Shown here: one piece after another, positions 12,823 to 26,483 of the stretch | How positions within the stretch are numbered: position 1 is the stretch's first letter | Layout: each line of letters begins with the position of its first letter | NCBI GenBank assembly: GCA_965655095.1 | Contig: CBFHFQ010000011.1 | Location: 248,001-312,000, forward strand | Direction of reading: 5' to 3' | Length of the DNA: 64,000 nt | DNA from: Haplodiscus bocki | Lineage: Eukaryota | Notes under the pieces: model-generated | Seen by the model: only the letters and a program-made list of their open reading frames with translations | What the model was told of the DNA's origin: nothing | Databases searched by the model: none | Translations under genes and position numbers: made by a program

Positions 12823-14258
12823 TAGCGCTGGAGGCTAAGGTCAAAATAGGGCCGTTGTCTGGTAGTATTTTAACTTTTGCTATAATAATTTAAATGATAT
12901 TTTTGTTACAAAACTGACACCCGACTGATAAACAACACTCCACGTGTCGTCGCACTGCCTCCACTTCGCCACGCTTCGTTCCGGCTGAGTGCGACGACAC
13001 GTGGAGCGTTGTTTATCAGTCTGGCCGCCTATTGTTTGCGTCAGCTACAGGCGATAGGCCACCTGGTTACCGGAACGGAGTGTAGATTTCAGTTTTGACC
13101 TTTTTGTTTTGAAAGAGTTCGCCGATCCCATTGCCCTGCGGACGAATGGGAACGGCGTCACTCTGAGGGGCTTAACTTCTACTACTCTAGACGTTGCTTT
13201 GGAAGTCTTGCAACTTCATTTGAGCCACCCGTGAAGATAAAAAGTTGTCAAAATAGAAAAAATCTGAAATTTTTGAAAAACAATTTCAATGGTAGTGAAG
13301 TTTTGAAAATTGAGAGCATAGACTTTCTGACAAACTGCTTCTAAAGACTTGAAACTTCACATACGCCTTGCCGCCTACCAGGGGAGCTTTTTATAGCTGC
13401 TGGTACCAATCCATAAAGTGCCCCAGAAAAAAGTTATGGCCAGTTAAATCACAACGATTCTCATGAAAATCTTGTCAGGTGGGTCAAAATTCGTGGCCTG
13501 AAAAATGTCGAAAAAATGAAAATTTTTCGAAAAACAAAAACACACCGGCCAATTACATCCAATGGGCTAACTATTGCAACACAGAACGAACCAATACCGT
13601 TAGTACGAAAAAAATGCCGCCAGATTGCATTTTATGAGCAAAATTTCGAAAAAGTGTGGTTTTTTTCAAAAAAGGGGTCATAACTTTTTCCCACTTTGTT
13701 TTGTGGACTTTTTCCCTGCTAAACATTTGTTGACCTATGGATGGGCAACAAGGGGTAGTACCGCCTTGAAACCGCTGCGACCAGTGTGTGACGAGTTACG
13801 GGACCCTAAACCTCAAAAACACCTCTCTCACACCCTTTTTTGACCAATTTCAAAATATCATAAGTCAACGTCAAATTGCCGTAGAGCAGCGTTCTTTAGC
13901 TGGTTGTTCCTACCGAATGACGTACTTTCCGCATGCAGCCACTTGCAATACTAGTTGTGTGGACGAAGTTGGACTTTTTGGCCAAAAACCGTCAAAAAAC
14001 GGAAAATAGGCGAAATTGACGTCACAAAATGGCAAAAAAATCCAACTTTAAGAAAAAATCCGGGAAAACGCCAGTAGGGAATGTTGATTAGCTTGCTCAT
14101 ACCTAAAAACATGCAAAATTTCAGCCAATTCTATAGGCTCATTTCCAAAATCGTATTTTTTTCCACCCAAAAATTACAAGTAAGATTTCCCACAGGGGGT
14201 GCCGCTACCGGGTCCCTCCCCGGGCGGCCTGAGAGGTTGAAAAACGTTCCGGACCACC
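12823..14258 (+). mobile_element. Non-autonomous unit B6 (1436 bp)
   Basis: B termini. Near-identical to B4 at offset 2871. Confidence 0.82.
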
Positions 14259-17200
14259 CAGTGGAGGCGACGGTGAAAATTACCAGAAGGCGTGAGGTTT
14301 GAATCGGTGTTTCTTTCGTGTTCAGATTTATTTTCTGCGACAAACGGGCGTAGTCCTGTCATTGTGCGTCAGTCAACGTGAAGCCGTGAAGCAGTATGTT
14401 GTCAATTTTTGTGACGAAGACGAAAAATGCCTTTTGGGTGGCAAATATTGACAGAATTATCGTCGTCAATCCTTATTTCAGATTGTTGTTCTAACTTCTC
14501 TGTCTCCTGCATGAGAGGTAACTTTGTTTTCCTGTAGACGCACTGGATTTGCCGATGCAGTTTGGGAAAGGTGCAGTTAGGCGGTGAATACGAAGGGGCC
14601 GGAAGTATGCTGAGCAATGAACAGTTGTTATCTTGGAACAAAATATGTTTTTGTTAAAATTTAAGTTTAACAGTTACTTTTTAATCTTTTCTTCAGCTAC
14701 CAAAATTCTGGGTTTTTGTCCAATTCATTAGTAAAATTTATCTGTACTTAAAATATGAAAGGTGAGTAAAGTTTTGTTTTAACTCTAAGTTTTTATCCAT
14801 ACTTTTGCTGTTTCTTTTGGAGCTGTTCCCAGAAATTTTTTTGTCTCATTGCTGTTGTTGTTTCTTTAAACAAAGAAAAAACTTGACTGGTGTTCAATTA
14901 CGCACTCCAAAGTTATGTTTGGATTCTGCCTTCGTGGAAAAAACAATAATTGTTTTGTTGTTTCTAATGTTTTCTGCAGGGATGAACTTGACAATGCAGC
15001 TTTGCAATGGGATACTAACATTTAGTGAACAAAAATCAGGATATTGGAAGCGGGTGGTCTCCACGAACCTTAAGCGTTGTTTGAACCTCGAAAATCACGA
15101 GCAAGTTTCTCCAGTTTCTCATACCTATGAGATTCATTTTCAAGGTTTTCAATGATTGTTATAACTTACATTGGTTTTTTGAAAAATGTGTCTGATTAAT
15201 ATCAACCACCCATTCCGCCGCTTTCGAAAATGAATTTCTGAATAGTTTTGTTGAATGAAATTTTAATGTTCAAAAAAAAAGAGGCAACGGAATGATGACT
15301 TGTTTTTGATCGACACCAAATGCTATTTTTTTTCCGGGCTCAGGTGGAGTTTTTTATTGGAAACGTTGCACTACGCATCTGGTAGGTAATTTATTTTTTT
15401 GTTGTTTTGTGTTTTAATGGATAACACGATTCATCACAATCATTTCTTCAATTAAGGCTTCCTGCGCTGTAGCTGCTTCTTTTTGTTTGAATCAAGCGTT
15501 TCTTGACGGGAAAGGTCCGGTTTCCCCTTGTGTTGGCATGAAGTTTCACTAACCAATAATGTTTTTCAATCAGCACATAAGTAGAAAAGTAAAGATGGCT
15601 ACTGCACGCTTCCTCGTGGCTTCATGTTTTCGCGTTAATTCGCTTTCTTCACATTTGTTTACAACGTTGTCCGAGCCAATTTTCCCTAAATAATTACGTT
15701 TTTTATTCATGGCTTCCCATTGACATGACTGTCCTGCTTTTACGGTCAACATTTTTAAGAAAAGCACCCAACCTTTTTTTTCCGCAATAATGTCTTCCTA
15801 AAAATAATTTCCTTTTTTGAAGACTGTACTGACAATTCGAAATTTCCGATATTTTCGCGAAACTAATAAGTTTCGTTAGTCCAGATTGAGTAACGAACGG
15901 GGCATTTCCTCAGCTATTTAATTCCATCACTTGTTCAACATTTTACCGAATTTCAGATTCGTCCTTCCCTTCTTTGACTTTTTCTTCCTGATTTTAAATT
16001 ATAGAATTTCCAGAAGCAAATTATTGTTTTTTATTGTAGAGCTTATTATTTTATTCACAATGTTTTTCTAATTTTGCTAATTCCCATCCTGATACTCTGA
16101 TCCCCCAGAGTCATTTGGAATTTTGGTGGACGGAAGGCAATTCACTTCTGCAACCTTATGCTAGTTCTCTTACGACTGTTCACATTAGCATATGTTTCTC
16201 CGCAGACATATATAAAACATCGTTAATGTTTGTAAAGTGATTGATTAAAAATAAAAACGTATTTCATCTTTAACTTCATAAATATCTTTTATATGCGTAA
16301 CTTTTTCTCACACGCAATGGCTGGCTTTGGCAGCCTTTTTCTGCGGAATAATATTTCCGTTAACTGCCAATTTTCTCACTTGGACTAGCCTGGTTGTTTA
16401 AAAGTCAATGCTTTCGAATCTTAAGGTCCACTTTGAGGCTCTTTCTTTCCTGCAGTGAAGATTTTATGAAATGGCTCCACTGCCAGAAATTCAAAATTTC
16501 AAATATGCTTTACTTGTAAAAGATCATCGGGAAGTGGATGTTCATCTAATTGTCAGTAGACGGAATCAAGACAATAAGAAGCCAAGGCGGGATAGCCATA
16601 TTGATCAATGACTTTAACCGATTCAATTTTTCAAGTTCAAGATGCAAACTATATCACAACGATTAACTGTGTCTGAATGATGCTAGGCAGTTGGAATTGC
16701 ACACAACTATGGCACTTTTTGAACATCCTTGATCCATTCTTTTTATGTTTTCATCAAGAGATTTCGTATCTGGAGCCTTGAAATTTTCCCCTCTGTTCCA
16801 TCAACGTGCCTGTTCATCTATCACCGTTGACGAAAGGACATGAAATAAAACAACGAATAGAGTTTGCGGAATTTGTTACTAAGCTCTTGATTTCAAGAAG
16901 CTTTCCAACGTTGAAGTAATTTAAAAAAAATACTAAATTCATTTTTATGACGCCTAAAGACTGTCAGTAGTGGTTTACGTTGTGTATTTCAATGAAATAG
17001 GCCGTGAATATATGATTTTGAGAATTTGTCGGAGAGAAAAGGTGAATTCGACGGAGAATGATGGAAATGTAGAGCTTCCCATTGTTCCTCCCAACTGAAA
17101 CAAAATTTGTACCAACAATTATCTGTACCCCCTTATTTGTATGAAATTGTTATTGGATGCTTTTTTTAGACTGTCAAATTCTTGAGCTTTTTCGTATCTT

Positions 17201-17551
17201 AAATCTGGTCTCTTTTCGTCTTCTATACGACATTTTCTTCGAAACCTAGACTGATCTTTTCAACTTTACATCTGTTAAAACAAGCTACTTACTTCATAGA
17301 TGAAACAAAGGTACTGATTTTTTTGGGCCCTTGAATATAAATTTTTTTACCTGCAAAAACTGAATTGAATTGATGCCTGGTTTACACCAGTGAAAAAGAC
17401 TACGAACCTCTGAAAACTTTGTTGGGTCTTAATTTACCCAACTTCAGTTACTTGGTGCCATTTTTTGCAAAAAGTTTTCAAGTTCCTAAGTGTTTTGTGA
17501 AACTGAAAAATTACGTTGTGTTCGATTGAAGTCAATACAACTGCTGAGGAA

Positions 17552-17589
17552 GCCTTGGTTTTGCTCCTGTGTGTTCGCAAAACCAAGGC
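17552..17589. promoter_or_regulatory. 13-bp stem-loop ~260 nt upstream of the RepHel ATG (copies at 38773-38810 and 57919-57956); function unknown
   Basis: GCCTTGGTTTTGC-N12-GCAAAACCAAGGC. The stem is identical in H1 and H2 while the loop differs. Confidence 0.5.
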
Positions 17590-17850
17590 GTCTGGTTTAT
17601 GAATGCTTGGAATTGAATTATGATTTTTTACAGTACTGCCTTATCTTTTTCGCGGCATCGAACCTGAAATTTAATTAGGCAGGCAACGGTTTGTAATTGA
17701 ACCGTAAAAGACTTCGCTCAAACGACAATTTGATGTATTTACCTATTATACGAATTTCCCTGCTAATTCTTCAACGTGTGTTTGTATTGTAACATCTTGT
17801 TTTTTCATATAGTCATGATCCCACTGAATTAATGTCTGTTGTGTTTTACA

Positions 17851-20800
17851 ATGTCAAAACAAAACAACAAAGGAAACTTGAAGCGTCGTCGTTGTACTTC
17901 CTGTGGACAATTTGTTGGAGAACATCATGTGTGTGCAAAATCAATTGAGCTGGAACTTCAGGTCAACGAGCCTTTAGGAATTTTATACAAAATTCCCGAT
18001 GCATCAGTTGCTGTGTCACCTACCGCGAGAACGGAGATACACAGCTCGCTGAACACTTTGGGGTTGATGGACTTTTTAAAGCCTACAAAAACAGCTATCG
18101 GAAACGATACAGTTATCTGCTCCATGCAGCCAGTCCGGGTAACAGCAGTGCTTGGGGACGGTAATTGCCTTTTTTTTCTCTGGCAGTTGCTCTGGGACTG
18201 TCACATGAATGTGGCCCAATCATACGTAACATTATTGTCAGCCACATGAATTTAATCAGTTTCCCCCCTAATAGCCTGCAAACATCTGTTTACTCCGATG
18301 ACTTTCCCAACCAACATCGTGTTTTGAGTTGTACTTCCGTCGATGAGTACCTCCGCGAATCTAGAATGGCAGAAAATGGTGTTTTTGGAAGCTGTGTAGA
18401 AATATATTCATTTTGCCAAATCTTCAAAGTAGATGTTTTTTTGTACCATGTTCCATTCAAATCCTGGATGATTTATGAATGTTCCTCCAACGTAAATAGA
18501 AAAGGAATTTTCATTCAACAAAACCGGAATGCAAATCACTTCGAGGTGATAACAGAGCTGGTTTCAATTGGTCCTGAAAGCTCCAGCTTATCGCAAGTTG
18601 CATCAATTAATCGCCCTCCTTCTCAATCAAGCGAAACTAATCATTGGAGTCAAGCCTTGCAGAACTGCGAAGGAACTGAAACTGAACCAGCTTCGAAAAA
18701 AAGCAAAGTCAATTCTGATTACACCTGGGAAGAGCACCCTGACCCGCTCGCATTAAGTCTCTTCGCCAATTCTGTATCTACCAAAATGAAGAAACTTTCG
18801 GCCTTGGAAACATTATCAACAAATTCAACGAACCTCCCAAAGAACGATTGTTCACAAATGCTGGAACCCCCATGTTTTGACTTTTCCCCAACAGATAGTG
18901 TTTCAGGAAATATGCACACGAACGGCGAGTGCCCCAATTTGGGCGGATGTGACTGTTGCGCAAAATGCATGCGCCAGTCAACAGTTCTTTACCCTTTAAA
19001 GTTGAAGAGGAAGAATAAATTTGATCTTAAAAACCGTGTGTTTGGAAACAAGCTAACGGAGCCCATTGTTGTTTTATGTAAGCTCTGTCTTCTCTATTGC
19101 ACAACCGAAAGTTATGATTGGTACAATGCTTGGCCCTCTGTGTTTTTCAGCCTATTGAGTGATCAAGACATGCCAGTTAGAACCCAAATGGATATTTTGT
19201 CTTTGTTACCTTGGGAATTGAGACAGCAGTGGATGACATCCATGCACTACTTTCCCCTGTGCGTTCAAAGATGTCTAAGTCGGAAACGGATTGCTGGGAA
19301 ATGTTCCGTTGATGGGACGCTTCGTTTGCGTCGTTTCCACGAACTCATGAAAACCTTGAAGCAGACTAACATTGCTCTTGCCCTGGACAATGAACCTTAT
19401 CCCAACGTCCGCTGCCCATATGGGTGCTGGTGTTTCATTGAAGAATCAGGTTGGATACCCGCAAATCACTTCATCAATCTTTTTGAAAGAAACTTTACCT
19501 CGTTTCAGTCCTCCAGCTTCCTGCATCTAAGAGGAATTAGGTCCAACTTTTTGACACCATTTGTGTCCCTGCGCCAGTTCTTAGTAGCGACTACAGTGCG
19601 AGTTGATGAAAAAGCGGGACTCGTGGTTCAGGCTTGCTCCAGGCACTCAAGAGGCTCCAGTGTGCAGTACTTTCATCCGCCATCACATCCTTCGCTGGTG
19701 CGAACTACAGTGAATTATGAAGAACGTCTTAGTGCCATCGCACCCACATTGTCGTTCATCTCAAGCATAAAAGCCAACTTCGCCAGTCATACGTACCAAT
19801 TGCTAAGAAGTGTTGGCTCTTACAGTGGAATGAGCACAGTCCGATTGAAGCGGAAAACGCGCTGGGATTTCACTAGTGACATTTTGTATCATGCTGAAGG
19901 CGTCGCTTGTCATTTCAGAGAAGACATCAAAACAATGATTCGTGAGTGGGTAAGACAGGGTAAAATCCTTGATGACGTAGCTTCGGGAATGCTGGATTAT
20001 GTACCGGACAAAAAGAAAGTCAACAGTTGTTTGTCACAGGCCACTTCAATAGACTTACAAACATGCCTGGACCTCACGAAAATAGTGGAAATGAATGAAA
20101 AAGAATATCTCAACAATGTTGAGTCGTTGAGTTGTTACACTCTCGTTCATGGGAATGATGATTACGGCTGCTCTCCACCTCCTCTGGAAAATAGAGTAAG
20201 CATAGTATCGTGGATTGTGCAGGCTGCAGTTTGTGTTTCCCCAATACTTTGTCGATCCTTAGTGAACTCATCAAAATACAGTGTGACACTTAGGCCTTTG
20301 TTCACTTTACTCAGGAAAGTGTTGCTTGGCACCGCAAGAATGAATACAGCAAAAGTTTTATGGCTTGTTAGAAAATCCGAACAAGCAGTCTCAGCTGTCA
20401 TAGAACAAACTAACACTGATGACAAAACAGAGGGAACAACCGACTGTTGTTGTTTTGTAGGAGCAAGGTTTCTTTCAGAAATTTGTGACACCATTCAACA
20501 CGTTCCCTTAAACAAACGGAAGAATATCGGTTCAGCCACAACAGAGAAAGTTTCGTACAACATGACTCATGCCATTTTTACGACAGGTTCCCCGAAAAAT
20601 TTGCGGAACAAGGTGAAACCACCGTTAACCCTGATTATTTCCGACAATGAATTCGAATTGATTGCAGTTGGAACGAAGGATGGAAGCAGCAAGGGAGAAC
20701 CGAGGTGGTTGGTTAGACATGGAGGGAGGTTTCAGGGGTTTTGACTCATTGAGAAAAGTAAAAAATTTGCCACAAAAACAGAAGGCTCTCCGACTGATGC

Positions 20801-23800
20801 CGTGGAAACTTTCATTCGGGGTTATTGGACAATTGCAATTTATCAAAGGTCAAGAAATGTTGAATTGATTGATTTGAAGTGGAAATTTCTGAGCACTTTG
20901 ACAGGTCAGGGTATTTTTATTTGTGCACATCACACAATTCCTTTAACAAGAGATTTCAGAAACAGTGGTTTCCAATGTAGATGTAATCGTGCATCGTTTT
21001 TGCGCTGCCCGCATTTGCAGTGCTACTCTTGCGTTTGCAAGCGTCACTTCAATGAAGGTCTACAGCAGCAACACAGACGTATTTTAATTGATTCAGTACC
21101 GTTGGAGAAGTTAAATAAAACTAATTCCCCTTCTCTGGTATCGGAATCATCTTCGTCACGGGATTTTATTGAGCCCAACAGCATGCCTGCAAATGAACCA
21201 ATTCAACCAGATGCGGCAGCAGAAACGCTTGACATTGCATCAAGCAACAGTTCGTCCGTCAGTTATATTGTTCATCCGGAAACAAATGACGAAGAATTCG
21301 AAGATGACAACTTGAGAATAATGGCTACATTAAAAACCAACTCAGATGAAAAACTGATTTCCGTGGATCTTGAACGAAAAGAAGATGCCTTCAAACTACC
21401 GCTCCATATTCTTTTAAACTCACAATGCAATCTTCTTTATCGACGTAACGGGAATCCAATCAGCCTTTCTCTGAAAGAAAAACGTTTCCTGGAAAATATT
21501 TCAGCTGTTTCGACGTCTGCATTACCGCTCATTCAACCCGAAGCTCTTCTTTTTCCATCGATTTTTTGGTGTCAAGCTAGCAGCGGCAGTTTTCCAGGAG
21601 CAATACCAACGGCTTTATACAATTCATCCAAGTACAACAAACAGCTGGGTTTCGCCGGTTTGGATGACATGCTTCGAACTCGAATCAAGGACGGCTCTCT
21701 TTTGACATCTTGCAATCCTACTTATTTGCAGTATGTGTTTGATTGCCTCTTGAACATGCAGCTTCATAAAAGTGACATTAGGATAATACTAAATCGAGGA
21801 TGGCAAGAAGTTAATTCGGTTCCTCATAATTGCTCTTTTCTTTCGACTCAAACTTTCAAGTTTGATTGTGCCGAAAGTCGAAAAAATGTCTGCGAACTTG
21901 CGGCTTTGATTAGAGACAAAAATCCAACCTACTTTGTGACATACACTTGTAGTCAATCGACCCACCCGGGGATTCGCAAAATCTTTGAAGCAGTGCATGA
22001 AATGTATCCCGCAGAAACCACTCCAAAGGAAGTACTTGCAGCAGCAATTCAAGCTGAGCTCATGCCCATGCTCAGGTCTTGGTACCGCGCCTCTCAATAT
22101 GTAATGGAATGGGTGAAAAATTCACCAGAAGAACCACTTGGTCCTGTGTCTCATATTTGGATGAGGTACGAATGGCAAGAAGAGACAGCTGGCTTTCCAC
22201 ACTTGCATGCTATATTGTGCACACCAGAAGATAAATTTAGTGATGACGTACGATCTCGAGTTTGCTGTTCAAAACAAACGTTTTTGGGTGGCTTAGAAGT
22301 CAGTTGCCACGAATTGAACGCAGTCGAACGTTTCCAACTGGGTGAACTTTACCAAAAGTATCAAACCCATAACTGTTCGAAAGGCCGTAAACGTTGCCAT
22401 AAGAAGACAGACAGGCTGGACAAACCAATTTGTCGTGTACCTAAATATCCTCCTTCGAATTGTTTTTCTTTCAAGGAAATTCCTGTGAACTTTTCCTGCG
22501 AAACAATGGGACTTCTGCGAGAAATGGAACTGGCAGACATAGATGAAAACTCGCTATTCCCAAAAGTGAAAGATCCTTTAACGGCCGGAAAACATCATTA
22601 TCCCACTGTTTCTAACGAACATTATTCACCAACCAACGCTGCTGTTTTTGCTTTGACACAATCCAGCACCAATGTTCAATTATGTGACGACTACATGGCC
22701 CCCCGCTATGTTGCAAAATATGCAGCCGGCATTGACTCTCGAGCAGTTGCCAAAATTGTCGCTGGTGAAACAGAAAATAGTGTCAAAGTTTTGACAGAAC
22801 CAATCGCACATGAAAAAATAGCTGGGGTACAGGCTTCGCTAAAGAAATTGAGAGGCGATGAAAAACAAAAATTTGTAACTGGTCGTGTGGTCAGCATAAC
22901 AGAGTGTCTCTGGTGGTCCTTACAGCTTCCTTATGTCTGCACAAATGTCGATTTTGTTCACGTGCCAACTGTTCCCAAAGAAAATCGATCTGGAATTATC
23001 ACTGAAAAACGCTTTAGCAATAAAATTAAGTTGGGCGCCACGTTTATGGAAGGAATCCGAGTTCGGAAACACGTTTTACAACTTCCAAAGCACCGGCAGT
23101 TCACAAGAACACAAAGTTTTCTTCTTGCAGATGTTGAAAACAGCTCTATTTCGCCAGACAAAGTAACAGTTTTTGGACTCCGCCCACCTGAACTTTTGTT
23201 TGTCTCGAAGTTAAAAAATTACTACAGTTGGTTTGTTCGTTGTAAACCGCAAACAAAAAAATCCATCAGCAATCATGAAGTGTTCTTGAAGAGAAGCTTC
23301 CGCAGAAGTTGTTGGGTTGATGCATTGGGGTATTTGGTTAAACTACGCCCTTGTTCAGTGGACGCTTTCGTAAATTTCTGTCGTGCAAATGGTACCGATG
23401 GACGGGATGGGATTCTGAAACGCGAAATGAGAATACACATTGTTCCGTTGCTTGTGACGAAAAAAGCATCACAATTTGTTGCTCACTGGAAGCAGTTGTC
23501 CGAAGAAGATGCCGTGGTTGTTTTCAGTAACGTTTTGCCGAATAACCCAACTAAATTTCTACTACATGTGCTCTTGACTAATGGAGAATTTGACACAGAG
23601 ATGGACATTCTGAACGTGCAGTCTTTCAAAGAAGCTTTCACAACAGCTAAAATTATTCCAAGCTGTAACATAAACGCCAAGACCGTGCAAAATTTAACAC
23701 GGAATTATTTGCTGAAACAGCTGCGTTTTGTACCTGGGTCCTCGAAACTAATTGACAAATACCTTTTAATGGCTCACAGTGTTCTTTCAGAGGCTCTGTT

Positions 23801-25907
23801 AGTAAACAGCCTTTATTTCGCTGCTGCGCTACCGCCTGTGCTGGACAGAAGTGTCATTGAAGAATACGAAGAATCACTAGCAGTGCAAATCAGTATGGAA
23901 AAATGCAAAATGGTAGCTTTTCTTCACACTTGTCAGAAACAATTACCTACTGAGCAGGCGATGCTAGATGCAACCATCACCGTCCCTTTACCTTGGAAAC
24001 CAGTCATTCAGAAAAGCCCGGATCAATGTCGAAACTCTTATACGGAACAGAAGAGTGTATTAAACAAACTGTTGAGTTCCATCGACATTTATAAAGAAGG
24101 ACTTTGCAGTTTCATCAGGCATCAAATTGTCTTTGGACCTCCAGGAAGTGGGAAAACTTTCGTTGTGCTAAAATCGCTTGCATATGCTTTATGCCAACGT
24201 CTCAACTGTGTAGTGACATCTTTGGCTGCTGAAAGATCTGCCGCTTTGGCTGGAAAACATCTGAATGCCCTCATCCCATTTCCAGTGGAAAAACACGCTT
24301 CTGCAGAATCGCTCTCGAGAACAGCCCTGTCCAACCTACAACGATCTCCTATTAAGAGCCGCTTTCTGCAAAATCTACACGTTCTTTTCGTGGAGGAATT
24401 GTCAATGATTTCTAGCGATCTTTGGGCTGCCACGGATTATGTGCTTCAGGTTATCACAGCAAATTATGTTCCATTCGGTGGGAAACTTGTTATTGCAACC
24501 GGAGATTTCTTCCAACTTCCTCCACCATCAGGATCTTGTTTGATGAGTTCTTCTTTTCCTCTCACAACGTTCACTTTTCTCAAACTGGAAAATTTCGTTC
24601 GCATGCAAAACAAAAATGGCCAAGAACTGTTGTCTTTGTTGTCAGCGACTCCAAAAACTGACGGCAATGCGAGGCGTATCTGGGAAATTATCGGTAAAGG
24701 TTGCAATTTTGTCCATTCATGGAAAGACGTGCCGAATGATAGAATTCGAATTTTTGCCACTCGACAAGCAGAACGTAAAGCAACTGAAGACAAAATAATC
24801 GATGTTAAAAACAGCGGTACCCAATTTTATGAAAATGCGGCAATTGATGAAATGTGCGTTTCAAGCACTGACAACTGGACCGAGGCGTCGCCAAGTACAT
24901 CAAAATTTCTCAACAAAAAGTGTCTTGAACCCCAGTCGTTGTTTCTGTACCCCGGAGCCATTTTACGACTAACAGTGAACATGCCATCTATATCCGCGTA
25001 TCAGGGTCAACTCTGTGTTCTGCTTTCTTTGGATACAATTGAGAATGGCTCTGTGACAATTGCTCTAGCACCAGCTGGTTGCCGAAGTATTCCACCGCTT
25101 GTTGTGATCAAAAACAAATGGCGTTGTGTTGTTATCGGCAAAGAAACTGGTGTTACCTACCGATTAAACCACAAAACGGTTTGCAGACGAATCCAGTTTC
25201 CACTAAAATTATTTGTTGCGTCAACCATTCATAAGACAATGGGTGAAACGCTTCCGATGGTCGCAACCCAAATAGTTGGATCGAAAGACTTCGCTTTGTG
25301 GCTTCCCGAACAACTCTATGTTGTAATGAGTCGAGTAAGAAGTCTGAATCAGGTGACTTTTGTTGGATCGAAGGAATCTAACAAACGAGCAGTCTTGGAT
25401 TTAGTCTGCAAAAATTCGCAATGGGCTGAACTCACGAATGAAATTTTGACTAAAAGTTCCGCTGGTGACCCTACAATTGATCATGCAAGAGCATCTCCTT
25501 TTCCCCCTTCAATGAGAGAACTACCCGTTCAAAATGTGGGCTTCTGTTACTTGCTCCAAAGTGAACCACAGCAGCACCTTCTGTACATTGGCTCCACTAT
25601 GTCGTTAGTGCGTCGTTTGCGAGAGCACAATGCAGGACTGGGTTCCTCCTTCACCAAGGTACAAAATCGTTTGCCCTGGATGGTTTGTGCTTATGTTACT
25701 GGTTTCAATTCGATTAATGCTTCAGAGAGAATCCGAGCATTCGAGAAGGAGTGGCTGAATGCGGCAACACACTACGTCAACGCAAAAAAGAAAAATGTGT
25801 CACTTCCCACAGCTATCAATTTGGGGGAAATTGTCGCAAAAAATTGGCTATACAAAGAAGATGATTTGAAACTAGTAGTGTGCTGCAGGTCATCAACTGT
25901 GTCTTGA
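17851..25907 (+). pseudogene. Disrupted OTU-Rep-PIF1 helicase-GIY-YIG gene of H1
   Basis: Three ORF pieces (17839-18249, 18165-20744, 20802-25907) align end to end with the 2689-aa ORF of H2. There is a 1-nt deletion in a T-run near 18170-18177 and a TGG>TGA change at 20742-20744. Confidence 0.88.
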
Positions 25908-26483
25908 AAAGTCGTACTTTAGGAGAAAGCTGCCCAAAAACTTATGGATTAGTTTGAGATAATTGTTTTACTTGCACACAAACTTCCTTGCCTTGACAGC
26001 CATACGCATCGACTGCATAGTGATGCAATGGTGAATTTCTCTTTATGTTATGCTGCAACCGCATCGGCTGCAGAGTGATGTACCAAGTAGCACGTGCAGC
26101 AACATCAACCTTTTTGCTGGAAAATATAATGCCTCGACTGCATAGTGTTGCATTATCTATTTTGCAGTTGAGATGATTTGTTGCTAATCACTTGTCTGTG
26201 TCTGTTTAATTCATTAGTTTGATGGGATTGACTTTCACTGAACCTGATTTGATGGACTTTGATTTTGGAAGCACTAGAAAGAGTCCATTTAAAAAAGCGC
26301 CGTTAATTTTGGACAATAGAAATCAGCTAACTTTCAAGTTTTTTCGGGAAAAAATATAATCATACGTTAAATGACGAATTTTGACATTGTTGATTGAAGC
26401 ACTCTTGTTACTGTATCCCCGTATTCGGGGATGATACCTGAAGCTGCAGAAACCGACGTTTTTCACAGTGCTTCCAGATCATT

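Noticed and set aside
1-14258. rDNA, tRNA or snRNA tandem gene cluster
   Set aside because: I recognised no rRNA, tRNA or snRNA sequence, and the units share termini with the RepHel element. An Rfam scan would settle it.
198-14362. Many recurring 60-100 aa ORFs in the A, B and C units
   Set aside because: They recur only because the DNA is repeated. Starts, stops and frames vary between copies, many use non-ATG starts, and none has a recognisable domain.
20742-20744. TGA read as Trp (alternative genetic code) or programmed readthrough
   Set aside because: H2 has TGG at this position, TGA terminates the RepHel ORF, and H1 carries another lesion. A nonsense mutation is the simpler explanation.
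18568-24798. Short antisense and alternative-frame ORFs overlapping RepHel, and their equivalents in H2 and H3
   Set aside because: They are shadow ORFs of a long coding sequence with no independent motifs.
20802-25907. The 1701-aa ORF as a separate gene
   Set aside because: It starts at GTG just after a TGG>TGA mutation and is in frame with the upstream piece. H2 shows a single continuous ORF.
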